Below are positions 48,767 through 60,582 of a stretch of DNA of 64,000 nt, one piece after another. Made by a program: the position numbers and the translations under genes. The notes beneath the pieces are model-generated. The model had not been told where the DNA came from. It was given only the letters and a program-made list of their open reading frames with translations, and did no database searches. Numbering within the stretch: the stretch's first letter is position 1; every line of letters starts with the position of its first letter. This DNA comes from Selaginella moellendorffii. Taxonomy: Eukaryota > Plantae > Lycopodiophyta. The DNA lies in the NCBI RefSeq assembly GCF_000143415.4, contig NW_003314302.1, forward strand, positions 1,119,820-1,183,819, given 5' to 3'.

Positions 48767-50087
48767 CATCTTTTGGAACAGTAACACTTCGAGAGGAACT
48801 TCCTTTTTGGGTTTCTTGGCTATAGCTAGACGATTTGTCTATAAAGTTGTGACTGACTTGTTCTTCCCATTTTCTTTTTGGTTGATTGTATGGCTGGCCG
48901 AATTTTTTTTTCTTGGTGGGATGGTGGATGTCATTAGTATGAAGGAGATATTGGATAGGTATGGAAAGTACCCTGAGAGCGTCCAGGGCGGGAATATAGC
49001 AAGCCAGCACCACGACAGTGATGTAAGTTTTTCTCCTTTCTTTTCTTTCTTCTCATAGCAAACAAGATCACTCAAACATCTTGTGGCTCGCATGCATTCT
49101 CAAAGAATTTCATTGGAAATTTAATCAGAGTCTCAATATAACATATGTTGTAGTACTTCAGCCGCGAAGTCATAAGGTTGAAGCAGCAGCTGGAGCGCTC
49201 ACAACAAACTCAAAGGTATGATCATATACACTCTATATATATACTTTGAATGATTCTCTTAAGTTTTTTGCCAGGCATCTCTTGGGTGATGATCTCGCTC
49301 ACTTGGCTCTCAAGGATTTGCAAAGCCTGGAGCAGCAGCTGGAGCTTGGGCTCAACAGAATACGTTCTCGAAAGGTCAATGTCGAAACCTTTTATAGATT
49401 CCTTCCTGTTTTTCAATATCTAGATTCCTGAGGAGCTGATTTCGTTCTGCTATCCATGTTGAGCATAGTGTGCACTCTCCATGCACCAGGAGCAAGTTTT
49501 TCTCGACGAAATCGAGGACCTGCGCAGACGGGTAAACTTTTACCAAAGCTGAATCGCTAATCGCCCATGCACGAAAAACAGGAGCTCCAGCTGCACAAGG
49601 AAAACGAAATGCTGCGACGACGAGTAATGCAATGCCCATCAACTTTGTTCTGTTTTTTGAATCACACAAGGAAAAATCCTGCTTCTTTCGCAGCTTGCCG
49701 ACCATGCGCAGGGAAGCGTCAACCCACTGGAGACAAGGGAACCTCCAAGCTTCGGAAATGCGTCCTTGTCCTTGTCTTCGAGCAGATCACAGCAACAACA
49801 CAAGCAGCAGCAGCAGCAGCAGCAGAAGCAGGCTCAGCAGCAGGCAATTTCGCAGCAAATGCAGATTCATATCCAGAAGCAGCAGCAGCAGCAGCAGCAG
49901 AGCAGCTTGAGCGACCAAAACCTTCAGACCTCATTACAGCTTGGGTAATACGAGTCGTTTGTTTAAGTCCTTGAAATGTCTCGTCTCCAAAGTATATCAC
50001 TGTATGTGTGAGTGCAGGCTGTATGAGCCGAACCTGGGCGGGCGGCGTTCGTCGCTGATTCAAGCGTCATCAGACAGCAGCCATTGA
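48151..50087 (+). CDS. MIKC-type MADS-box transcription factor, 8 coding exons
   Basis: [58 protein letters not shown]; K-box [33 protein letters not shown]. Exons 48151-48461, 48938-49022, 49154-49215, 49275-49374, 49490-49531, 49582-49623, 49694-49944, 50018-50087 (62/100/42/42-nt K exons typical of MIKCc). Confidence 0.95.
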
Positions 50088-50994
50088 TCATGATCAGCAC
50101 CGGTTGAACCCCGTGACTAAAATAACCAGCCACAATGACCAACATCCATTACAAGTGGATTCTACTTTTACAAGAAAGCTTAAGTATGATGTAGAGTAAA
50201 CAAGTTCTCTTCCGGCCCGGGATTTGTGGATCGGTCACTCCAGAGAGTTTTTTACCGCAAATTGAGATCGAGAGAGTTTTCGGTTCAGCTGATGTTTTCG
50301 ATCAAATGGATCGAATGGTGAGTGCATTGAAGTGGTCTGGCCAGCAACCAGCAAAAACAAAGTGATAGCACATTCCTTGTGTCATATAGGCAAAACATTT
50401 TTATGCTTGGAGATCAAGAGGAAAATTATTACGTTTCATACCTCAGTGCTTGTACAACTTATTGTTATTCATATTATTATTCTTATGAAGAGTCACTATC
50501 TTACATGGACAAGTTTGGAAAAACTTGCTCTATCATTCATTGGTTGTAGGATTGATTGATACACCTAGAAGAAAGATGTTGCTGGTTTCAGTGATTTTTT
50601 TGAGTGAGTGGAGCATATTTCCGAAAGGGACAAGGAGAAAAAAAAATTGTCCAAGGCCGTATGGATGGGTGCATGACGTGGCATGCGGGACCATGCAATC
50701 ACGGTCTCTTTTGGGGCAGGTCTTTTTCGGGAAAGGCGCATTTTGGGGAAGGTCGTATATGTGTACGTGAGGATCTTTTTTCCCGCGTTTCCGTGTACGG
50801 CAATTTGTCGGCGGGGCCGTTAGATTCGATAACGGACGTCTCGCGCCGTCAGTCAGCTCAACTACCTGGCTGCCGTACACGGTGCCACAAGGCGTGTACG
50901 GCTAGGGCTATTTCATCCGCGATTTCGAGCTGAGAGGGCATCGCGGCGAGGGAGATTTCTCTTTTGAATCCACCGATCGATCCAGCGAGGAAGC

Positions 50995-51730
50995 ATGGTG
51001 GAGGAGCTCACGGAGGAGCAGATTTCTGAGTTCAAGGAGGCATTCAGCCTCTTCGACAAGGACGGCGACGGTAAAATCTTTGATTCTTGCGCAGTTTCTT
51101 TGCGGTTTGTGGATGCATTGCTCGAAATGTTGATCCAGCATTCTCTTCCTGCCCATTCCTTTCTCTGTGCCTGGCATTTCTCATGGAAGTATCGGTTTAG
51201 GGTGTCTAGATTTCTTGCTCGATGTTCTTGGCACTGACAATTGGCATTCTTCTTGAATCTAGTTTAAAGAGTTTCTTAGATTCTTGTTCTTTCGAGTGAG
51301 GTGATCTTAGCTCTTCTCTTGGGTAGAACTTCACATTCTTTTGTGGCTTTGAACAGGATGCATTACGACCAAAGAGCTGGGAACTGTGATGCGATCGCTG
51401 GGACAAAATCCCACCGAGGCGGAGCTCCAAGACATGATCAACGAGATCGACGCGGACGGCAGCGGCACCGTGGATTTCCCCGAGTTTCTAAACCTCATGG
51501 CCAGGAAGATGAAAGACACCGACTCGGAGGAGGAGCTCAAGGAGGCGTTTCGCGTGTTTGACAAGGAGCAAAACGGCTTCATCTCCGCGGCGGAGCTCCG
51601 GCACGTCATGACGAATCTCGGGGAGAAGCTCACCGACGACGAAGTTGACGAGATGATCCGCGAGGCAAACGTGGATGGCGATGGGCAGATCAACTACGAG
51701 GACTTTGTAAAGATGATGATGTCCAAGTGA
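50995..51730 (+). CDS. CaM: Calmodulin / calmodulin-like protein (149 aa), 2 coding exons
   Basis: Exons 50995-51070 and 51357-51730 with the conserved plant CaM intron at Gly26; four EF hands. Apparent additional 3' UTR intron 51737-51792. Confidence 0.95.
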
Positions 51731-52513
51731 TCAAAGGTAAAGTCAAGTTTCATGTTGAGTGACTCACTTTGTTCTTTTCTTTTGTTTTCCAGAGAGAAGT
51801 GAATCACGCCATATACTCTGTGCCGTGTAGTGTGCAATGCTTTCGTTTCCTCACTGCCTTGTATGAAATACATTTTCGATCGGGAAGTTACTCGCCATAA
51901 CTGTTGCCCAACCGCTGCTTGTATCGGCCTAACTACTTGGTGTTAAATGTTCTCAGAGCTTACAGGCATGATATACGAGCGCATTGGACACTGACTGTCG
52001 GCACGGCAGAAAGAGGCCGCTCTCGATGCGTTCGCGAGTTAAGTGCTGTTCGCTTTCGGTTTGTTTGTTTGATTCGCTCACATCGTCGCCAGATGGTTTA
52101 TAATGTCTCGAGCAGGAACAAGAACGCAGGACCATGTCGCTTTCGGTTTCTTTATTGGTATCATGTGAGAGCCGCTTTCCTGAAAGGTACCTAGTTTTGT
52201 TTTCCTCTGACTGACTGCTGTTTAGCGAGCTAATGTCGGTCAACAAATTTCAGGAACAGTCAAGCTGTTTTTCGAGGAAAGCGTTTCGGCACCAACGAGA
52301 AGTGACCCTTGTGTGTCTCGCCCATCACCGTTTGGTCGCGAAAACGCGAGGAGGTAAAGCGAAAGAGAGTATGGTATACTTGAATCCATTCATTCTCTTA
52401 CAATTAATCTAAAGCCTTTTGAAACAGATGGGCAGATTTTTTCATGCCAATACAAGTCTGTCTGCAAGAAGCTAAGTAAGATCTCGTCGAGTGCCGGGCG
52501 ATCGATACACCCT

Positions 52514-52899
52514 TCACGGGCACTTTGGACCGCCGCGGGCATTCTTCATGTTGTTGTAGCAGGGGCAGACTTGCTTGTTGCCGTAGAAGCCGGGGGGAAC
52601 GCAGAGGCATTTCTGGCAGCAAAGGTTACAGTACTTGATGCAAGGCTTGTGGTCCTGAGTTTGGGAGCAGCGGTAGTTACAGAGATTCGTGCAACCTGAG
52701 CGGAAAGAACACCAGAAACAGAGGATCATCAGGAGGAGAAACAAAGCAGTGTGACGGAACAGAGTCGGAAGTTGATGAGCACGGGTTAGAAATCGAAGAG
52801 ATTTAATTCGGGGAACTTCGACTACTTTTGGAACCAGCGACTAGAGAAGACGGAATTCCTTACCTGCAGCAGCACAAACGTAACTTTGAAGGACGCCAT
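52514..52899 (-). pseudogene. GASA/snakin duplicate with rearranged 5' exons (pseudogene or alternative-start gene)
   Basis: The 12-Cys exon (52695-52514) is nearly identical to copy 2. Exon 1 is shortened (MASFKVTFVLLQ), exon 2 splice sites are lost and exon 3 is deleted. Confidence 0.7.
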
Positions 52900-54725
52900 G
52901 GAATTAAGAAGATAAAAGAGAACGTCTTTCTTTTTGGCTCTTCTGCATTTGTGCCGCTTAATCTGCCAGTATTAATGCGAAATATTTAAACTCTGGACCC
53001 TAGATACAGATATTATTAAATTAACATTTTAAACTAATAATAGTTAATATCCCTGATTGACATAGACATTTAATTGTTATATGTATATGAAAATCTTGGA
53101 TTCAGAAAAACTAGAATAATAATTTCAAAAAATACTAGGCATTGTCTATTCAACAAATTTTAGATATACTGAAACTCAATGCACACATTGTCCACTGAGG
53201 AGGTTTAAGAATCCACTAAAATAGTTTTTTGGTTTGCTTAAGCAAACCTATAGGGGGACTGAGATGGTAGTGAATATATCTAGAATATGCTTGGATATTC
53301 TAGAATAGTCTACCATCTAACGGTTGGTATTCATTTAGATTAATCTGGTATTTATAATTTATAAACTTTCCTAAACCCTTTCTAGTATATTATTTTTTAT
53401 TCTATCATCTATGCAATAAGATTAATTTTGTTTTTATAAATTACAAACATGCTTATAATTATAAATTTTATTTAATCAATTAGATTAATAAGTAATAATA
53501 AAATTACCATTAAACAAACCAAGCATTGCTACATGCAACACGTAGCAATTTATTATTTATAGAATACAAAGTTACTAAGGAGTAGTGGCAAGGCACACTA
53601 TTTCTCTTTTATGATGAATTTGGAGGCAGTTTTTCGTGTGTCCTACTCACACATGCTATGCTAGTGACTTTCCACGTTCCTCATTAAAGAGAGACAAAAG
53701 AAACTTTGCCTTACCACCTTCATCTCTCATTGGTAACCCTGTATTATATTTGATAAGACACTCTTGAAAAGGTAGGCCAAGAGCAATTTGGTCCTAAACC
53801 CAAGTGCTTTATACTATTCAAACCCCCAAATCATCACCAAACTCCATGAGCATGTGAAAAAAATGCCATCTTTCCCATTAGCCTCATATTTCCTAATTAA
53901 TTTCGAACAGTTTTGTTCAAGTAAGTGTGCAGTGTTCCTGATATAATATATTACAAAGGGGGGTTTTTATACTTTTTTTGGGCTCTTAAGACAGCAAACA
54001 AAACTATATCTTGAGTTAAATGTGTTGATTGAACAAAACTCCACGCCAATTAATTTTCCACAAACCTAGTTCCGGTGTGCAACCGTCCCACCAGCACACC
54101 AGCCAGAGTATAAGTCCAGAACCAGAAGACAATCAAGCGGCCTCGCGGGCGCTTGGCTCTGTTCTTTAATAGCCCAGGGCGGCCAGGCCACTGCGTCCTA
54201 ATCCAACCCTAAATCTGCAGGCTTATCTTTTAACTTTTTTCTCAACTTCACTAGCCCCATTAGTGATCAACATTTGAAAAGCTTCAACATGGGGGAGGGT
54301 GGGAAGCTTTGGACTACTACTACTTTTTAGTTAGTTTATTAAACTTGTTTCTACATATGGGCTCACTGATTTGCAACTGGACGGTCACAAGGAGAGATGG
54401 TTTAGGTATAGAATCTATGTTTGCGAACTTTCCTCTGAGTTATTGCTAATCCAGTCAACAAATTCAGATTCAGGAACAGTCAAGTTGGTTGTCGAGGAAA
54501 GCTTTTCGGCACCAACGAAAAGCCGCGCTCGTGTCAGCTCACGTGTCTCGCCCGCCGCCGTTCGATCGCGGAAAAGATGAGCGAGGAGAAAGCTATAGTA
54601 TTCATTCTCTTACAACTTGGCGAGAGTCTTCTGAAACAGATGGGCAGATTTTTTCATGCCAATACAAGTCTGTCTGCAAGAAGCTAAGTAAGATCTCGTC
54701 GAGTGCCGGGCGATCGATACACTCT

Positions 54726-55286
54726 TCACGGGCACTTTGGACCGCCGCGGGCATTCTTCATGTTGTTGTAGCAGGGGCAGACTTGCTTGTTGCCGTAGAA
54801 GCCGGGGGGAACGCAGAGGCATTTCTGGCAGCAAAGGTTACAGTACTTGATGCAAGGCTTGTGGTACTGAGTTTGAGAGCAGCGGTAGTTACAGAGATTC
54901 GTGCAACCTGAGCGGAAAGAACACCAGAAACAGAGGATCGTCAGGAGGAGAAACAGGGCTGTGTGATGGAACAGAGTCGGAAGGTGATGCTTACTTTGCG
55001 GTTGGATTCGGCCTCCTTTGTTCTTCTGGACCTGGGAAGAACAAGAGATCCAAGACACAGCGGGGTTAGAAACCGACGAGACTTTCGATTCGGGCAGGGG
55101 AACTTACATCGACTGCTTTGGAACCGGTCACTAGAGAAGAAGCTTGAACCTGCGTGGAGAAGAAGATCGACAAAGCAGATTTAGATCTGGCACGGGGGGA
55201 GAAGAGAGAGGGGAGGAATTGCGTACCTGTGAGACGAGCAGCATTGCCAGGACCAGCAGCGCAAATGTGGCTTTGGAGGACGCCAT
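54726..55286 (-). CDS. GASA/snakin cysteine-rich secreted peptide, 4 exons, 106 aa
   Basis: Signal peptide MASSKATFALLVLAMLLVSQVQA; exons 55286-55227, 55149-55108, 55031-54995, 54907-54726; CTNLCNYRCS...CIKYCNLCCQKCLCVPPGFYGNKQVCPCY...KCP. Confidence 0.93.
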
Positions 55287-56423
55287 GAAAGGAAGAAATG
55301 CCGGAACTTTGGATCGATTACCAACAAGCAAGGAAGAAAGAGCTTCTCCTCAACGCGACAGGAGGAACTTCTTCTTCCTCTTCCTCTTCTTCTTCTTCTT
55401 CGCTACTAAGCTCTTCTCTTGCGTTGGGGGCGTTTTAGCGGCTTTTATAGTGGAGAAGCCAGTATTAATGCGTGTGAAAGCGACCACATGGTTTAGAAAA
55501 CCAAAGAAAAGGTTAAAGCAAACTCCCATTTATCATAGCTCCAGGTTTGGGAGGTGATGATCATGTGCTTCACAGAGACTCAAGCAAGAATTTTCTATTA
55601 CTGTACGTACGCATGGGAAATCGTACAGCGTGGTTGAATACCGTAACTATGTTGTCCACAACCACTGTCTCGAGAAAACCTCGTAAGTAAACTTGTGCTA
55701 ATCAGCCCTTTAATCTTCAAGAGAGTCAAAGAAATTGACTTAAACCAACGAACCAACGATTCGCATTTATTGAGGGCACATCTGAGCCGTCCCTCCGAGC
55801 TTACGATCAAGGCCAAAAGTCAGAAAACGCAACGTGCGTGCATGTGCTCGCATCAAGGCCTGACATTTTACCATGTGCCCAGTTGGTTGGTTCACACTGA
55901 GCCCTAATCCTTGAATGTGGGATATTCCATCCACACACCACTGGATTTTGATAGGATGAATTCCTCTCTTTTTGGAGGTTGGAGTGGATTGAATTGTTTT
56001 GTGGTGGTTGGGTGTCTGCCAGTTGAGTGTTGTATTGATTTTGTATTGGAGAACTTGTTGAGGCTGCTTGCTGGATGTCACATGGATGGAGCAATTGGAG
56101 GCACATTCTATACAACCTCAGTCAGAACACATCCTAGAAGAATCACAAATAAAAAGCAAAAGGAGGCAAAATAAAAAGCCTAGTGCTCAGCTTTTTGGAG
56201 TGGATGGCAAAAGAGTTTCTGATGTCATGTAACATGATCTCAAAACTATTTCAAGAGTCATCCCCATGATTCCTCCAGATTCACATCCATGCATGCACAG
56301 TCAGATCAGAAGAATCAAAAAAGTATTTTTCTATTTGCTGTAACGTGGCAATCAAGGGGAAAAAGGAAAGTAAAGAAATGTTTGTATAGAAGATTTAGGG
56401 TTCTTGAGAGAGCTGTTGGATGG

Positions 56424-59400
56424 ATGATGCGGGCGGGCGCCAGGAGTGACAGCTTCGGTGCGAGCAAGGCCGGTGGAATCCACTGCGTGCTCACATTTTA
56501 GGCCAGCGATTCGCGGAGCTGCGTCACAAGGACGATCTGGTATGTGGCGAACCTCGATTTGATCAATGTGGATGAACTGTAGGTGATATACCGGGCGGCA
56601 ATTGGTGGACGGCAAGGTTTTGTCTCGATCGCTTCGAGGAAATAAAAAATCTAGAGCTTTGCAAGAGTGATCGTCCTGTTTTGGCAGGTTCTTTACACGA
56701 TTCGTCTCTACAGTGTGTGTGATTACTCGAAAGAAGTTCCTGTAAGTTCCTCGATTTTCTCTTTTGGTGGTGATTTTTTATGAGCTTGGATCAGCGAGTG
56801 CCGAGGCGTGGATCACAGCGTTTTTGCTTGCAGTGGGAAAGGTGGGAACTTTTTCTTCTTTCCAGTGACTAGACTGATTGGTTGATTTGTTTCTTCTTGT
56901 TTTACAGCCAGCTCTATCTTGTTTGGACTCATGGCCTTCCACTGAAAGCTTCAGTATGTGAGCATGTCGTGTAGGGAAGAAAGTATCTCCGAGTAAATTT
57001 TTGTGCTCGTTTCCAGGACGAGGCAAGGATCCTGGAGCATGAAGCGTCTCAGGACAATTGGAAAGGGTTTGTCATACTAGGAATCTTTTTCTTTTTGCTG
57101 AGTTATGACAGTATGCTGGCAGTGGCACCTGTGGTGGAGCCCGGAACTCCAGAAGCTTTTCCAGATCCGCCGAAATGGAGACTTGTTCGCTGTGAGAATG
57201 GTGACTGCTCGTCTTTAAATTTGCCTGCTTTGACCGTAGTTTGCTTCAGGCCTGAGGTTCTTTAAGGAGATGTGTAGGGGGTCCAAGGTGAGCTCTGTTC
57301 TCGTCATGGTTTTTGTCTCCATTGACTAGGATTTTGTACCTTACAGGTCTCTGTGATGAAGGCTGTCGGAGTTGTGAAAGGCCAAGCGGACCTTATTTTT
57401 GATGAGATCATGAACTATGGACCCGAGCGATTCCAGTGAGTATCACGCTTAAAATGTCTGGATAAGCTAACGTTTGTTGTTGTTTTTTTCTGTAGATGGG
57501 ATCACACCGTTGAAACAGCGTCGATTGTGGAAGTTATAGACGACCATTCCGATGTTCTTCATGTTTGCTTGACGCAAGATTGGCGGCAAGTATGAACTCG
57601 GAATGTCGCCGTGATTACTAAGATTCTTTCTTACAGGTATTTGAGCCCGAGAGACTTTTGCATTTCGCGCTACTGGAAGCGTGAGGACAATGGAGCATAC
57701 AGTAAGCTATACATGTTGAGAGCCATGTAGAGAACTAAGGTTTTTCTACAGCTATCTTTTACAGGTCAGTGGATAGGAAGGCAACTGAGCCTGGACATGT
57801 TCGTGCCACAATACATAGTAAGACAAAACTATTATCAACGAAGGATTCTACTTAATGGCTCTGATGTCGGATGAATGAAGGTGGAGGCTATATGATCACC
57901 CCATTGACGCCTTCAAAGTGTATGGTGGAGAGCGTGTTTGAAATAGACGCTGGTGGCTGGCCTGGCTGCATAACTTCCAGTTATGGTATCCACCTTAGAG
58001 ACAATCTCTTGAGCGTTATTGCGGGTAGCTTATATATTGTGACACGAGTGATTCCTATCTCTTAGTGCCATTGCAGGTGTAAGAGACTACTTTGCTGCGC
58101 ACCGAATGAATTCAACACAGTCCAATATGATGCCAAGGCCCCGAGAAAATTCAATCGTTGTAACGGAAGAACCAGTCGCTGCCAGCAATATTCCTCAACG
58201 TATTGCTTCCACACCATTCCTCGGGTCGTCGGATATGGAGGATTTTTTTGATGCACGCGCGGACCAATTTTCAGACACAGAGGTATGGAAAAGCAAACGT
58301 ACTTGATTCGATATATTCTTCTGCGTGTGTCTTTTCAGAGTCATAGCGATGTATCAGACGAAAGGCTTCGAAATGCCAAAGGTATGCATTTGTTAAATCT
58401 TCTCCGAGTTGCTTTTGGACCTTATGTGTATGTTGCAGCATACAATGGCCACAGCGATGGTTTGCAAAAGTGGTGCTCTTTCTCGGGAACGCTGTCCCGC
58501 GGAGTTGGCCGCAATTCAGTGTCCGAGCCCGACAGCAGCTTGTTCAAACTTCGAGGAAAAAGATACCTGAGAGATGGTTTGCTGGTAATCATTCGTTTGG
58601 TGCGTTTCGATTCTCTCAACTCCTTTCACCAGGTTGCAGCGGAAGAACCGATTTTTAAGCTTGTTGCGGCAGACTGGTACAAAAGCAAGGACAAACTAGA
58701 CAATGTCTCCTGTTTACGGGGCATTTCAGAGGTAGAGACAGTTTATTTTCTCTGTTGGACACGCCTCATTTTTCTCGTCCGTATTTTACTTCAGAAACAG
58801 AGCAAGGACGCCTTTTTCTTTACGTTCAACTTGCAGGTAATTAGTTTTCGATGCCCAAAATGCATAACCAGCGTCTTTACCTTCGCAGGTTCCTCACTCT
58901 GGTCACTACTACAGCCTGGTTTTCTACTTCGCAACACGTACGAAGATACTGGAAGGGTCGCTGCTGCATCAGTTTATACACAAAGATGACAACTTCCGGA
59001 ATCAACGCCTTCTTCTGCTGCCCTCAGTTCCCGAGGTAACACAAAGTTCGTTTGTTCAATCTAGACTTCGAAGCCTTCATTTTTTTTTTTCATGAACCCA
59101 GGGCTCTTGGATTGTGAGGCAAGCCGTGGGATCGAGAGCCGTGGTACTCGGCCAGATCCTGGACTGCAGCTATCACAAAGGCAAAAACTACATCGAGGTA
59201 ATAAAACAAGCTTTCATTTGGTTTGCTTGCTTCATAGTTTACAAGAGTGTTGGGTGCTGTTACACAGGTGGATGTGAATATGGGATCGTCGGGAATAGTC
59301 CGTGGAGTGATGAGCATCGTTTTTGGGTACATATCCGCGTTGGTTGTAGATATGGGATTCTCGTTGAGGGTAAGCCACCAATTTCCTTAGGAGCATGATA

Positions 59401-59541
59401 GTGATGGTCGATAAATTCTCTTTTTCCTTTTTTCTTCCTGGATCACAGGCCGAAAGTGAGAGCGAGCTACCAGAAGAATTGCTTGGCGCAGTGCGGTGTT
59501 TTAGATTAGATCTTTCCACCGCCGCCAACTTAGAACGATGA
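56424..59541 (+). CDS. EDR2-like PH-START-DUF1336 lipid-binding protein, many short exons (start codon approximate)
   Basis: PKWRLVRCENGLRFF, MKAVGVV, WDHT...VEVIDDHSDV, PRDFCISRYWKREDNGAY, GGYMITPL, SEPDSSLFKLRGKRYL, FRNQRL.LLP, GSWIVRQAVG, NYIEVDVNMGSS, ELPEELLGAVR; stop at 59539-59541. Confidence 0.88.
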
Positions 59542-59887
59542 AAGTAAGCCTTTGAATCGACGATTTTTTCTTCTTTCGTTGTCAGGAAACACTTTTTATC
59601 TCCCATTCCTTCCACCCGACCCGATCGAGAGATAGCGAGGAATCTAGAAGCCTGGGAATAAATTTAATAGCCATCATCATCCATTACAGCCGCGCGCAGT
59701 ATCATATGCTTTTTTGCCACTAATCAAAATCGCGAGCAAAGTCCTCGTGCCTCTTCAAGAAAGTCACATCACACAGATTTCCCTCTCTTTTTTTTTTATC
59801 CCTTGTCTTGGTCCTTGGAAGAAGAAAAAAAATTCCAATCTCACTTGTCTCCGGGGTTGCCAGATCGATCGATCGTCTTTCTTTCTT

Positions 59888-60539
59888 TCAGCCGGATGAT
59901 CTCCAAATCCTCCCTTCGAGCGAGATCACCATCACCGAAACGTCGTCGTGGTATTTTCGGCGGTCACCCTGGGGAATGTCTAGCAGCTCGTGGAAATCCA
60001 TACCTGGTAATCAATCCAATGCTAAGAACTAAAGAACTATAAGAACTAGTAGAACATACCGGCTTTCTTGGCAGCGCGAAAGAGAAGCTCCTCAATAAGG
60101 TATTGAGCGGGGTCACCGTCTGGGAATTTCTCCATGAACCATTCCACATGAGCCACCACTTCTTCGTTGCTGAGGTACTGGTAGAGACCGTCCGAGGAGA
60201 GCACCAGGAACTGATCCCGGGGTCCCAGCCTGTGATGCTGCAATGAGGGCGTGCAAGTCACGTACGGCTCGTCGCCAATGAAATCGATCCGGAACATCTC
60301 GAGAACAGCGTCGTTTAGCTTGGGCTGTGTTGGTAAAAGAGAGCTAAAGTTTAGAACAAACAGGAGAAGAAAAAAAAACATGCAAGAACACACCTGTTTC
60401 AAGTATCCCGCGCCGAAAGCTCGAGTCACTTTCAGCCTTCCCTTGACGCGATCATTCGCTATAGATGCCTCATCATCCGGGTGCTCCATCCTTATACGCA
60501 TCACTTCCTGTCAACGTTAAGTCAGTGTGTGTGGCGTGC

Positions 60540-60582
<43 letters not shown>

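Noticed and set aside
51722-51840. Alternative splice giving a prenylated (CaaX) calmodulin extension
   Set aside because: Joining the AA|GTGA donor to the 51792 acceptor yields only KEK*; no CaaX tail.
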